From positions 87,358,001 through 87,422,000 of the forward strand of contig OX597822.1 of the NCBI GenBank assembly GCA_951406725.2: 64,000 nt of DNA, given 5' to 3'. The notes below the pieces were generated by a model. The model had not been told where the DNA came from and searched no databases. It worked only from the letters and a program-made list of their open reading frames with translations. The stretch comes from Octopus vulgaris. Taxonomy: Eukaryota. The position numbers and the translations under genes were made by a program. This document shows positions 39,699-53,610 of this stretch, piece by piece (positions within the stretch are counted from its first letter, which is position 1; each line of letters starts with the position of its first letter).

Positions 39699-41958
39699 GG
39701 ATCTTTTCGGTTTGAACGGCAGTTTTTAAAAAATAATTTCCACGTAACTAAACACTTTTAAACTTCGTATACTGGTAGAATGTGTTTATAAAACAATATT
39801 TTCTCTTGGTTTCTATAGTTTGTAAGATATTTGTTGTTGTTTTTTTCTTCAATTTCTGCAATTTCAACCAATCAATGACCTCTATTGAGGTAAAAAAACA
39901 TTCTGTGCCGTATGAATATGACCCTCGTTTAAGAAACAGATTGGGTTTATTTACATTTGTGAAGAAAAAAAGATACCCTTCCCCCCACCCCTAACCCTAA
40001 CACAGATTGAAATGCAATAGATCGATACTAGGGTCATAATTATGGGTGACAATTTCATATGACACCGCTAGAAAAAACTGCCGTTCAAACCGAAAAGATC
40101 CTATTTATTAAAGGAGAAACGAATAATAATTTTATACAAAACGAATAACTTTCAAATTCTATAAAGCAATGCAAATAATGGAAAATAATTTAAACACTAA
40201 TTTTATATATACTCAGACTTTCAAAAAGAATTTAGCTGTTTAGGATGTCAAGCTTTCAAATCGAATTTAGCTGTCTACGTTAACTACGTCACAAAACAGC
40301 TGTTTACGTCACAGTAACAATTTGTTTAGACGCAGAAAATAATTTCAGCTCAAAACAGAGAATACGATTGGTTAAAATTCGAAGAATTAAACTACGTAAA
40401 AGTTACAAAATACGATTTTCTCAAAAAAACTAATTGAAATTAATGTTTTCTTTTGACACATTCCACCAGTATAGCAATAACAATATATTTGTAATATTGA
40501 TTATAGACACAACGCATATATTTTGGGGTGAGTGGAGGGTATAATCATTTATATCGATCTCCAATACTTGATCGATGTATTTTCTCGACCGTGGAAGAAC
40601 AGACGGCTTGTTTTGAATTCCGGTGAGGGTTGAAACCCGAACGTATAGGACCATATCCCTAAACATTCTAACAGTCCTTTACCAAGCCCTTGTCAGCATG
40701 TAATATCATCTAATCTACATTATCTCTCTATTATTTGTCCACGTGTAAAATATATCATCAAGGTGACATAGTTAAACTTTGACGGAAAAATATAATGTAA
40801 AGCTGGCAGAATCGGTAGTGCATCGGATAAAATGCCTAGCGTCATTTCTTACGAATCTTTACGTTCCGTGTTCGAATATTGCTGAGCTTTCCTTCTTTCG
40901 GGGGGCGCTTATAGAATAAGTACCAGTTGAATACAATCGACTAGTTCTTCCCATCAGCTTCAGGCCTTGTACTTATTGGGGAAAGAAATATTATTAAGGA
41001 AGGGGGTGGGGCAAGCTGGCAGAATCGTTCGTGCGTCGGACAAAATACCTTGTGGCATTTCTTCCGACTCTTCACGTTACTGTCGTCGTCGACTTTACCT
41101 TTCATGATCAATTAAGTACCAGTTAATGTAATCGATTAACCCCTCCTCCCAAATTGTTGGTCTTGTGCCAAAATTTTGTGCAATTTTATTTTTTATATCG
41201 AAACTAAATATATAGTTTTAGCTCTCAAGGTGAACTCCAAGCAATTACCTATGATGAAAGGTATTCTAGGTTTGACCATCCCAAGTGTGACACCTACTCC
41301 AAAGGCACGATGAAGTGGTGGGCAGTTAAAATGTTTTAAAACGTGGATTTTTCAGAAAAATAAGATTTAATGCGAATTACATGTATTTTAGAGTGACGAA
41401 AATTACCGAAACCCCTCCAAAAATTTATCATCGAAATTTCATTTTATTCTCGACAGCTATTTCGAAAGCCCGCCGTATTTTTATTATTATTCTGTCTGTT
41501 TAGGACTTTGTTATATGGGAGGGTGGATTTTGAAGCATATATGATTGCTATTTCTTGCTGGTTAAGTGACCACGGTGAGGGAGGCTGTTTAAAATTTTAT
41601 AAGCAGCAGCAACAAGCAATATATACCTACGTTGTTTAGGATACGAAGCTTTTCAAACGAATAATTTTATACAAAACACACGCTGTTTAGATGTTTACGT
41701 TAACTACGTCACAAAATAGCTGTCTACGTGACAGTAGATAGTATGTTTAGACGGAGCAAATGATTTCAGATCGAAACAGAGAATACGATTGGTTTAAAAA
41801 TTCGAAGAATTAAACTACGTAAAAGTTACAAAATACAATTTTCTCAAAAAAAAAAAAACTAATTGAAATTAATGTTTTCTTTTGATATTCTACCAGTGTA
41901 CGAAGTTTCAAATTTTTTAGTTAAGTAGAAAATTCCGTCCATCAAACAGAAAAGATCC
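39699..41958. mobile_element. GGATC-TIR MITE (39699-40101) plus related halves and SINEs, ending in another TIR at 41958
   Basis: Complete TIR pair 39699-40101; related internal blocks at ~40250-40470 and ~41690-41958; outer flanks CAGAATTT/TAGAATTT. Confidence 0.7.
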
Positions 41959-43089
41959 TAGAATTTTTTTTCCTTTTTACTTGTTAAATTTATTAGACTG
42001 CGGCCATGCTGGGGCACCACCTTGAATTTTTAGTCGAATGCATCGACGCTAGAGTCTTTTATAATTTTTAACCAGCGCATATGGTTAAGCCTATAAGGTA
42101 TCTCCACATGCTAGAAATAGCAGCCAAATCTCTTTATGGCTATGAGGTTTTTTTTTTCTAAAAATCTTTTTACTTGTTTCAGTCATTGGACTGCGGCCAT
42201 GCTGGGGCACCAGCTTGAAGAATTTTTGGTCGCAGAAAAATCAGCATTCTAAAATATATATTTAAAGTCATTTGTTTTCTTCTCTCAGCACTTACAGATA
42301 AATGAGAATAAGCTGACCTTTTGAACTTTCTCCGGCCGTTGAACGTCTATCGTTCAAACGTACTTCTTATTGTTTGCCTAAACAGAGTGATGGGTGTTTC
42401 TCCATAAAAATGACAAATTCTGGTTTTTGTGAATAAAAAAACCTGTCAGAGGCGGGTCATATTTACTTTGTTATTCAAACGTACTTCTTATCGTTTTTAT
42501 GTTTCTACACATTTCCCTATTATTGATGTTAAGGTTGATTTATTTTTATTTTCAACCTTTAAAATTATTCTAAAAACGAGGGAAATAGTTGAAACACATA
42601 AAACATACAATTGTGAGGGACATGTTTTGACACCGATTTTCGATTGAATATATTTTGTTTATTTAAAAATTGGAATTTTGGAAAATAATTTTTTTTTTAC
42701 AACCGCGATTTTCGTTTTTGTTTACGTGAATTTTTTTTTTAATGCAAGATTTGGCTGTTATTTCTAACATGTGAAGAGACCTTCTAGGCTTAACTTTATG
42801 TGCGAGCTGAAAATCACCTAAAAATGATTCTGGGGTTGATACATTCGACTAAAAATTCTTCAAGGCGGTGCCCCAGCTTGGCCGCACTCCAAGTAAGAAG
42901 GGATCTTTAGTAGGGATTACCTTGGTCTCCTACAGTATGTACAACCTGGAGGATTCGTTTAGACAGTAAATGCCAATTTTCGCTCATGGTTGCTAGTCGA
43001 CATGCTACTTGAAATGCTTTAACTTTTTTCAAATTACCATATCATGTGTGATACTATATGTTCACGCTAACTAATATGTCTCATCGTGG

Positions 43090-44950
43090 CAGATAGGCTG
43101 TGCGTCAAAGGACCAAAGCCTTTATCGCATTTTGTAGCCTCATAGCCATAAAGAATGTAAGAAATTTTTGACGTTTGAAGTGACTATTGCTATTATTAAA
43201 AAAAAAAAAAGTTCTAGTCAACTGTATATGAGTCTGTGGGTAAGTTTTGTGGGACGTTGTGATGGCGCCATGCCAAGGCCATTCTGGGCATTGTCTGGAC
43301 TCGGAAATCATTTCTTTATGAACAATGTACGTAAAGCATTCTGGCCAACGAACCATGCTGATTCTGTTCCGTATCTCATTGGTTTCTTAATTACACAACC
43401 GCTTTTGGAGATGGTTCATTTGAAGCTGGCTGCTGATCTACGTCTGGAACTGGTGAGTCTTCGTTGTTAGCTAGGACAGATATGCAATGGCTCTCAACCT
43501 CTTTTATCTGTCGAATCTCTCATCGATTTTTTCTGTATTTTTCTGTTGTCTTAACCAGATACAATCTGGGTTTATCACTTTTATCTTTCACAGTTGCTAG
43601 TCTCCAGTTTTTCACCACTTATTTGTATCTTCATCACTGTCTTATCCACTAATATATCGACTATGCAGGAGGAGTTAGTGGCCCCTTTCACTCTGTCCAC
43701 CTTTTCCTGTACTATTTTGAAGGTCGTTGCCATGATCTTCGGTACAGAATTCAGTTCGAACCCTAGCTTGGTCAAAATACATATCCTACCCCTGTACATC
43801 ACTGGCTTCTCGATCACAACTTCTTAGCCACATGAAACTGTAGATAGACTGACTTCAAATCATGTATCGTAGAAACCCCCATCATTTATACCTTCTCACG
43901 CAAGTTCTCTCCATATACATTTGTGGCCTCAACATCCATGTGACTCACAACATGATCATTCAGCTCCAAAAATTCTAACACTGACCAGACCGTATTCTTT
44001 GTTGACTGTATAACTACCATCAATGACAGCACTCTACTTTGGACCCGTTCTCCTTAAGGCATTAGAATACTGTCTTAGATCTATCTCCACCTCCCACTCA
44101 AATTCAGCACTCACTCAAAGAGTAGCTCACTTTAGTTTTCAACACTGGAGGCTCACCGTTTCATTTCGACTATCCATTACTTGTTGAACACCACACAGAA
44201 GTTCTTGTCCTCAATATTTCAAGAAACATCAGTCTCGCTCCTACTACCAGGACTTCCACTACGAGTAGCGAACGAAAGAGTACCTCTACTCAGTTGATGG
44301 AATAGCTACTGGTGCAGGTCTTACATTCATTGCTTTCCTGGTTGCAAAAGTTAACTATATGATCAGCTTGGTCTTATCAGTAACAGATCAATTCTAGCTC
44401 GGGTTCTTTGCAATTCTTAAATATGGAAGGCCCGCGATATCTGAAGCACTTCCCCTTGGACGTTTGCACCAACTCTCTTCCTTGTAACGATTACTCGCAC
44501 CCTGTTCTACTGGAATTACTGCTGTAAAGTTTTGTCTTGTTCACCGTTAACACTCTAACCTTGGATACCGAATCTTCCATGGATATCCGGTAACTGTTGC
44601 AGCTCTACGATATGTGGTCAAGAAAACCATTACAAACACTAACTTGAGTGGCCTTTCCATTGTACCCATCAAGTCTCACTACCATCTCATGCTCCTTCCG
44701 TGAAGACCTCCTTCAGATTGGCATCTACTTTCTGCGTCTACCCGAGCTTCCTCGTCCATCTCCAGAGAGAGAACCAAATGCAGGCCCGCTAATAACTTGC
44801 TACATCACGGATCTCCTAGTTTCAAAATCAACTTTATCTTCTTCACCCGCTGAACCACATCTTCACTACTAAAGGGTTTTTTCCTTTTTCCTTCGTATCG
44901 ACATATTTTACAGTTAGCGAACTAAAATAGCTTTGAATGGAAATAGGTGA
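43090..44950 (-). mobile_element. Highly decayed retroelement-like sequence (possibly L1/Tx1-type)
   Basis: Coding-like, purine-rich minus strand with many broken frames; no catalytic motif securely seen. Confidence 0.3.
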
Positions 44951-46499
44951 ACAACAACGACAAATGGTTTCGCCCTTGCATTAGATGCAGGTCTTCGACG
45001 CCGTCTCCAAAGAGTTGGCACAAAAGAAAGAAAGCAATGATTTCCCTTATGAACAAGCAGAATTAAATAGTTGACAACCAACGACTGCAGGGAAATCTCA
45101 CTCCTCACTTGCCTACCGACTCCCGCATTTCAACTAGCTCCCTTCTCTGCAAAAGCGCACTTGCTTTACCTCACCTAACATCATTGTCTATCACCTTATT
45201 TAAAAAATAAAACATCATGCAACAAGTGGATTAAACTGATTAATATAATTATGCCACAGCTCTAAATGCTGGTACAAGAAACATTTTGCGAAAAGTTTTC
45301 ATCATGAAATTATGAAAATTTGATGCTATTTTTTATACTTATACATCATTGTTAGATTAAGGAAAAAACTCTGACAGGAGCTGCAAACAAAATAAATTAT
45401 TTTTCTTAAGCCACATCTGTCGATAAGCTTGGCAACTTTTGCCTGCATACATGCAATACATATCAAATGCCGAGATCTTGTCTGATAGTGAGATGTAGAT
45501 AACGTTTCAATGTTCTGTGGATACTAAAAGAAAGCGTTGAAAGCTTGACGTTGGTAGGAATCGCAGATAAAATTTTATCTGTGATTCTAACAAAGTACCG
45601 AATGTCGGAAAGCTAATGAAAGTTGACTACATCAGTTGCCCAGGCTTCGACCAAAGATTTTCACCTGAAATTTTGCTACCGAAATTAAGCCTTGGTTGAA
45701 TTAGATTGGAGACTGTAGTTCTCCCGGACTTCTTGCATCACACGCAAGTGGTAGTACATTTAAGTAAAGTCTAAGAGACATGAGGGGCAATATAGATAAG
45801 AAAACTAAAAATAGATTAAGTTTAACTGCTAGGGAAAAAAGAGAGATAGTAACCACATTTTTGTCTAGAACTAACAAAATAAAAGCGGAGTGTCTTCATA
45901 TTAAGAAGACGACAAAAGAAAATGACATGGCTTCACGAAAGAGAAAAAGAGTCGGCTGCAGTGGTTGGCTTGTAGCTTATTTTATTGATTGTGCAGGGAT
46001 AAAAAGCAAATTTGACTTCGATGACTGTCTCTTAATCTGTTGCCCAGATTATAACAATGGCAAATAAATAATATAAAACTGAGCTGAAGTTAGCAGAGTA
46101 AATTTTAAAATACGGATCACAGTAAAGTTAATATGCCACTTTCGTTGATCAATTGGAAAATGACTGATTCTATTTAATATACAGAGAAAACGATAGAATG
46201 CAGAAAACCAGATAAATTTCAAGGATGTTATTTTATAAGCGGTAGGAAGCAAAATGCAAACTTAAAGAAAATATTTGTGGTACTTATCCTACGTACTTAC
46301 CACTGGCGAAATGATACAGAAGAAATGCACAACAGCCAGATTAAAATCACAAAAATGGAATAAATTAAGTATGGACTGGGTCACCCTAAGATAAAATTAT
46401 GTATTTTGTAACTTGACGCAAGGTATTGAGTTACCTCCCTTAGACTATTATCAATGACCGTCTAGTCAGTAGAACCAAGCTTGTTTCATCTATTATTCT

Positions 46500-46720
46500 T
46501 ACGTCTGTATAACACGATATAAGAGTAGAAGTAAGCGTTAGGAATGTGAAAGAGATCAAAGATGTTTAAAGTGCCTGTGTGACGGTCTGGGATGCGAAAA
46601 GAATATGAAACAGGTTGGTGTAAGGAGTTAAGAATAAGAAAGGATTCAGCTTTTTGTCGCCGGCAGATTCTGCGTGGGATGAATGTGGCAGCCATGAAGG
46701 GTTGTGAACGTTGGTGGAAA
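46500..46720 (-). mobile_element. CR1-like apurinic endonuclease remnant
   Basis: LHQPVS..FRIPDRHTGTLNIFDLF resembles the LTQLV..PTRIPD....LDLFLT motif. Confidence 0.5.
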
Positions 46721-47717
46721 TGGTATTATTGCAATTGATGTCATTAAAGATTCGACGGGGTGTGGTTAAATTGCTTGAACACAAGTTCCATCCGTCTTTC
46801 GTCTTTGTTCGGAGTATTCCTCTCAGATTCCACACTTGCTGCTCCCTTGTGCCTTGGTATTCAGCTGTCTACGTTAACGATTTGCATGCTGTTACTTATA
46901 AACTACACATACATTTTTCTCTTTTTGAAAGTTTGTCCAGTGTTCCTCGAACGTTGCACCGATGCACATTGCTCTACTGCGAGATGCAGCTAGCGATACA
47001 ACAAAAAGAAAAGATTTAGTTAAAAATTTGAAAATTAAAACTGATATTCTAATTGTAAAACCTTTACAAAATACAAATTATTACTGTAACTGTCCTCATC
47101 TCATCGTTAGGGACGAGGAAGTGCGTCTCGAATTCAAGATTAGCTGCCGGTGTTATATTTATCTCAAATATATCGAGGAAAAACAAACTTGCTTTCCTCA
47201 TTGTAATATGAGGAACTGTAATATGAAGAACAAAGTGCGATTCACCTACCTCCGATTGTCAACTGTCCAGCTGGGTTAAATCTGAGATACGCCCTACTCG
47301 TCTAACCTATCGCTAGAACCTACAGCAAATTCCCTTTCTCGCGCGCACGTCTGCACGCATCCCGCTGCCCCGAGGCCAAAGATACCCACGCAGGTCATAT
47401 TTCCGCCCCTTCACATCACTCTTCCTCTTTTTGTAGGGCCCCTCAACCATTGACGTCACTGACCCTTTCCTCCCGGTTCACCTCCTCTCCAGACACAAAC
47501 ACCTGATTTCAAAGATCACCACTTCACTTCATTCCATGTTGCAATCTGCCATCCGTCTGAACGGACGTCTCACTCGCTGTGATCTCCGCGGGAATGGTGC
47601 TCCGCTCGCTTCCTCTCCTCCACCTTCGTCCTGCGAACATCCAATACACGACACGGTATTCTATCCACAGAGACATTATTTTTGGAATTAACAGCCATCA
47701 CTGTTTCTGTCAACTAT

Positions 47718-50040
47718 TTAACGTGGTGTTTTGATTTTGTACACGGGTGTCACATTCCATACCTGAATATTGCTCTGTGTGACACAGACTCTGCGACCAG
47801 TCCTGATCGGGGTCACATTGTACCAGAATACCGCTTCCATTGGTGAGATGCGTTCCCTCTCCGCCATGGCCTTGATCGTGCGATGGTGTCTCTCTACGAT
47901 TCCATTTCCACTCGGCTTGTATGCCGCTCTGAACGAGCGGTGCACATTCCACGTATCGAGCCTCTCCATTAGCAGTTCGTCCCCATGGCCCTGCTCCAGC
48001 ATTATGTTGTTCAGGAGACATGCAACCTCATCCGTAATGATCGTCTTAATTTCCCTCCATATCGCCATCTGAGCCGGTCTGCAGTTGGCCATCGAGAAAT
48101 ATGTCCCTTGCCGGTAGTGTGTCACATCCACTGCCAATCGTCTCCAGTGTTGCTCTACTGAGATGTTTCCCGGTTCGTGCACAGCCGTAGCAGGGTCGAT
48201 GGATTGACGCCTATCACAGTTCTCGACCACTTTTTGAATACTCTGCTTCATAACGTCGGAGTCAACTATCCTGGCAAGATACAGCGTTCTGTACACGCCC
48301 ATATGATGCATGGCATACAGTCTCCTTAGTTTCGAGGCACTTAGCTGACAAACTGCAGCTCCGAATTTTCTGGCACCGTCAACCAAGCCTTTTTCACCCT
48401 GATTAGAATGCCTGCTTTATTCCATTCTGAGGACACAAAGGCCGCGCTACGCTCAGCTTAAAAACCAAATTCGGCAGTTAGCTCTCCCAGAACCCCTGGG
48501 CGGCGCTTTACTAACTTCTGTGCAGCCCTATCCCACTCATCCAAGCACAGTAGCCGAATCGGTTCAGATTTCAATAGAGCACAGCCCCATCTCAGGGCCA
48601 GATTCACCCCCTTCAACACGACATCCAACTCACTCATGTCGATATGGTTGTAATCATCTACTTCTTGGAGCCAGGCTGCGTCCTCCACTTTGACACCCCT
48701 GATTTCCAGAACAACCTCTGTCGCTATGCTGCTAGCATCGCACCATATGGTCCCGTTCTCCAATTTGGACACATACCAGCTTCCTCTTACGGGTTCTTCT
48801 GCTCTTACCCTCTCTAGGATCTCCTGCAACATCGCCACCGTCCTCTCTCCCACTTTGTCTCCCCAGCATTCCCCATCCACTTGTCACTTTACGTAGCTGC
48901 TCGCTGTTCGAAGTCACCTGCAATTGGAAAGTGACCCACAAATCGCCCACACATTGAGACTAGTTCTCGTCTGTTGACGCTGGTACTCAGTTTCGGAATC
49001 TCATTTCCTCTCCGAAACATCAACATCTCTTTGAAACTTGAGCCCCAGTACAGCTTCTCAAACCATTGACTCCGGTGGTATCGTGGTCAGCCCGAACTTC
49101 TTTAGGTGACCTATGACCTCTGCGGCAGACACTACAGTTTCGCCTACCAGGATGTCGTCTATATAGGAAGGGTGACCTTTTTCACTTTATCCAGCTTTCC
49201 CAGGATAGATTTGAGTACCGTTACCATGATCTTTAGTGCAGAATTCAGCCCGAAACCCACCCTAGTCAAACAGTATGTCTGGTCCTTATATCGCACCTAT
49301 TGATACTGTCAGTTTCTTGCTCACATGAAGCTGCAGATAGGCTGACTTCAAGTCGGCAATTGTTGCAGCCCTCGTCATCTGTCTCCATTCTCGCAACGTC
49401 TCTCCGCCGACATCAGACACCTCGCCGCCCGTGTGGCACGGTACATGGCCATTCAGCTCTCAAAAGTCCGGTACCGGCCTGACCTTGCCCTTCGTTGGCT
49501 GCACCACTGCCATTAACGACAGTACTCCATTCTTCCTCTGGATTAGGATACCCTCCTTGATCCATCTCTCTACTTCTTCAAACCGGCTCCTGGCGTCTCC
49601 TTTCAAGGTATGCTGGTAACAGCTTAGCCTACTCCTCAGCGCCACTCAACCGTCCACCGCTGACCGACGAACACCACCTGGAAATTTTCATCTTCAATGG
49701 TGTAAGCAGTACTTTCCGCCCCGTGGCTCTTCTTCCTTTCCTGTTGTAAACTCACGGTGCATGATGTCCTGGCACCTCCTAGGCGGTTGATCGTGCCAAT
49801 GCACCCCCCACATCAATTCCATCTACCACATGGTAGACTCAGTGTTGTGCCCTGCACAACCATCTCCACTTCACTGCTACCCTTACATCCAATTTCGTTG
49901 CTGTCGACCGCCTTAACACTACTCTTCCCCTTTCACTTTTTTTGTTACCCTTGGGGTCACGAGAGATGTTGTACAACCCGTATCCATGAGGGCTTTGAAC
50001 ACCTTTCCTCCATCTAGGACTTCAACTATATGCAGGGACT
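47718..50040 (-). pseudogene. Fragmented Gypsy pol (protease, RT, RNase H, integrase)
   Basis: ALMDTGCTTSLV (protease), YIDDIL near 49150 (RT), WCDASS..SELD (RNase H), HHMGV..C and RLAVDVTH..YKPSGNGIVERHHRTIK (integrase); multiple frameshifts. Confidence 0.9.
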
Positions 50041-50967
50041 GAAATTCCCCTTCATCAGCTGTCCCTAGTTCGACTCCGTGCGTGTTTCGAAGGTAAGGAC
50101 AGAACACGACTCGTCGAACTAGCCCTTCCTGCGAAAGAATTAAATAAAATTCCTTTGCAGATGGGTAAAAACAAGGAAAGAAAAAAATGTGACAAAAACA
50201 GGACGTAAAAACAATACAAATAAAAAAACAAATACAAAATACAAATACAAAAAATACAGTACAAGTAAAGAATAAAAAATAAAAACAGGACAAGGAAACA
50301 AACATTGAGGGCCTTTTTTTAGCCTAGACGATGGAAAAATTCAAGAGCGTAGGAAAAAAGCATGTTCACTTGTAGGAGGCCGCCAGCGAAAGGAAGTGGT
50401 CGACTCGGCTGTGTGAGAGATGAGGAGGAGTGAGAGAGAGAGAGATAAAGAGGAAAAGAAACCAGAAAGGGTGAAAAATAAGAAGGAGAGAGACAGACAA
50501 AGAGGAAGACAGACAGGAAGGAAGGGAAGGTTAAGCAAAGGGTTACAGAGTTTCGCGTCATAATTATATATAAAAACTTACTTGGAGAACAGAAAAGAAA
50601 CGAAACGACGCGGGGGCGCTCAGTCATGCAATAAATTAATAAATAAAATGCAAACACGCATGGAGTCGAACTAGGGACAGCTGATGAAGGGGAATTTTCC
50701 TTGTATTGTTTGTCTTGTACTCTGTTTTTTCGTTGTTAAAAAAAGTCCGTTTCCATGTTTGTTTTTACGTTTTCGTTTCTCGTTGAGTTCTATGTCTATT
50801 TGTGGTGTCCTGTACTCACATATATATATTTATATATGCATGTATATATACATGTAGATGTAGGTACGTACATATATGTATGTATGTATGCATATATTTT
50901 ATTTATTAATTTATTGCATGACTGAGCGCCCTCGCGTCGTTTCGTTTCTTTTCCTGTTCTCCAAGTA

Positions 50968-50975
<8 letters not shown>
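50041..50975. mobile_element. PLE-derived insert: GIY-YIG C-terminal remnant and inverted pseudo-LTR pieces
   Basis: Minus-strand ...YALEFFHRLG at ~50320-50390 resembles the PLE 'L..F.P.GLN' terminus. Inverted repeat pairs 50042-50087/50652-50697 and ~50570-50648/50897-50975. Ends at (TA)n. Confidence 0.6.
50047..50122 (-). ncRNA. Hammerhead-like motif with non-canonical strand order
   Basis: On -: CGTGT-T-CTGTCC-tta-CCTTC-GAAACACG...GGACAG-CTGATGA-AGGGG; core nucleotides and three complementary stems are present. Confidence 0.5.
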
Positions 50976-51035
<60 letters not shown>

Positions 51036-53610
51036 CACACCTGTGCCGAAAAGACTTGAAATATGAACAAGTCTGTAATACGAGGAACAAAGCGCGATTC
51101 ACCTACCTCCCAGTGTCGACTTTCCAACTGGGTTAAATCCAAGATGCAGCCTACTCAACTAACCCATCGCTAGAACCTACGCCAAATTTCCTTTCTCGCT
51201 TGCACGTCTGCGCGCATCCCTCCGTTCTCACTTCCCCGAGGCCATAAATGGGCGAAAGTAGGATCAGCGTGGTCCTACTTCTTCCCACTTCATTCACTCT
51301 TCCTGTAGGGCTCCCCAACCATTGACATCACTGACCTTTTCCTCCCGGTTCACCTCATCTCCACACTCATTGATAACTGCGATTCATTTATAGAATAAAG
51401 GATTAAAAAGGAAATTTCATATCTCGCCCGGGATAACTCTGCTTTTTTCTCTTTCCGGAGTTGATAAAAAAAAATTTTAAATTAACAATTCCAGAGGATG
51501 AGTTGATTGGCGAAACTATGAGAATGTAGGACGGAATGCTGTGTAGTATTTGCTCCATCACTTTACGCTCTGAGATCAAATCCCACCGTAGCCTATTTGG
51601 TAGGGAGACTTCATTTATCACCTAGCTTGAAACTACTACAATGGGTGCTTTTTTACGGAGTCTGTCTTAAACACTTGGACGCTGGTTTCTAATTAGAAGA
51701 TTCCTTCTTTCCTTCCTCTTGGAGGCCCTGTAAATAGTAATGACTAGTAACTTCCCGTCTGACATGTATTTTTTTTTTTAATCTACAGCAAAATAGTTGA
51801 ATTTGCCCCGTTTATATATCTATTATGTAGGGTACATACATCCCCTTTCGGGCGCAACTGGAACAGATCGAAGGGAGATAACTCCATCTCAGAAAATATC
51901 TCGAGTAGAATTTCTTTTCGTCTTTTTTTTCTTTAAACCCTGACTGACCAAGTGTATTCCTACCTCCAGTAATAGAGAGGTTATGTTCCTTCGGCCAACA
52001 GGTTTGACTAATCGTCTATATCGCTAAGAGCATTATAGGTGCGAAAACCAATGGTATTACCTTCAATCCTTCTTTCAACTTCCCCAAATACGTAGCAATC
52101 CTACACCAGACTCACTTTGCCCCCCAAGAACTGAACATTGGAAAACATCTTATAACGGAAACATAATATTGTTATTTTCCCCAGCGTCACTTTATATAAT
52201 CGCTATATATGTTGAGGAAATATATAAACTTAACTCCTCAATGATGTAAAATATATTACATCGCACTGTCTTTCATAGCACCACCTCACTCGCTTCATAC
52301 GTAGCATAGCGAAAATTGCATTCCAAAATTAAACCTCTTCGGGACCAGAAAGTAGTTGCCGGCTCAAAAAAATTCAAATTCTAAAAGAAAAAGCAACGAA
52401 GTTCCCTACTCTCTTAAAAGAAAAAACGATCTATTACATTATAGTGTTGGATAAACTAAGTGATAAAATAGTCGTGGCTTGAATGATTTTTGGATATAGA
52501 TCTGAGCTCATCTGAAGTCAAGAAATATATTAATAGTCAGGGGAGAGCACCGACAGTTCTAACTGAGATTTACCTCCCCTAATGACGCTATGGACCAAAT
52601 GCCTCGTTCCCAATTGTCAGTCATTATAATAATAAATTGTTAATTTTACAGTTTATGAATGGAAACGTGTTTCGCTGATGACTACACCTAATCTCACTAT
52701 CATATTATGAATGGATGTCATTCTGGAAAGAAATCACTGTCACACAGATATATTTGTCTCGACCTACAATGCCGTATCATCTACCATTGCAGTATTAAAC
52801 AAGATTTCCCTTAATTGTTGCTGCTGTCTCCAGGCACCTAATCCAACCGTGGCATACAGACTGAGCAGAAAACTCTTGTCCGTCAAGTCACATTAAAATG
52901 TGTAAGTGTTTTCTTAAATCCCTGTCATAAGCAACAATGTACGACAAGAAGTGTGGTAAGGATTCTTTACGAAATATCCTCGCCGTAAATTGTTGACACT
53001 TGTAATTCAAACCCACTCCGCGACTCTTATTCCGCAATCTGTTCTTCTCTCGTCGAAAGTTTTTTACACTAAATTACACATATACTGTTTAGTTTTCGTT
53101 TATTAATTCAATTCTCACTTATTTTCATATCAATAGATGTCTCTCGATTCAATTTTCCACAATGCTTTTTGCCTTCTGTTCCTTATAGTTTGCTGTTTTC
53201 GTAAAAAAACAAATGAATCAACAAACATAACAAACAAACAGGGCATTCATTCAGAAGAAAACAAACATTCCACCACGAAAAAGAAAAAAAGTAGAAAAAC
53301 AAAGCATTTCTTCATCTTCCCATGCACACACACACACACACACACGTACAACAAATATTTGCCCCGATTCTGCAATATCTTCGATAACCTCGATATTGTA
53401 TGCCACGCTGTTATGTCCAAAAAACCCCAGTTGGTCAGTGATGAACGTTGACTGATGTCGACCTACAATTAGGGTCCTTAAAACAAATACATCGACATAA
53501 TGCTGTAAACCAAATCACGATGTAGCATTAATTTCAAATTCCAGAAATCAGTTGATTTATTGACATCAAAAGAATTCTCAGGTCGGAACGACTTCCCCCC
53601 ATCACCAAAA

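Larger units (their letters stand above)
47202..51365 (-). mobile_element. Decayed Ty3/Gypsy LTR retrotransposon; gag region replaced by a PLE-derived insert
   Basis: Diverged LTRs at ~47202-47493 and 51074-51365; 5-bp TSD CTCAT (47197-47201, 51366-51370); pol order PR-RT-RH-IN. Confidence 0.9.
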
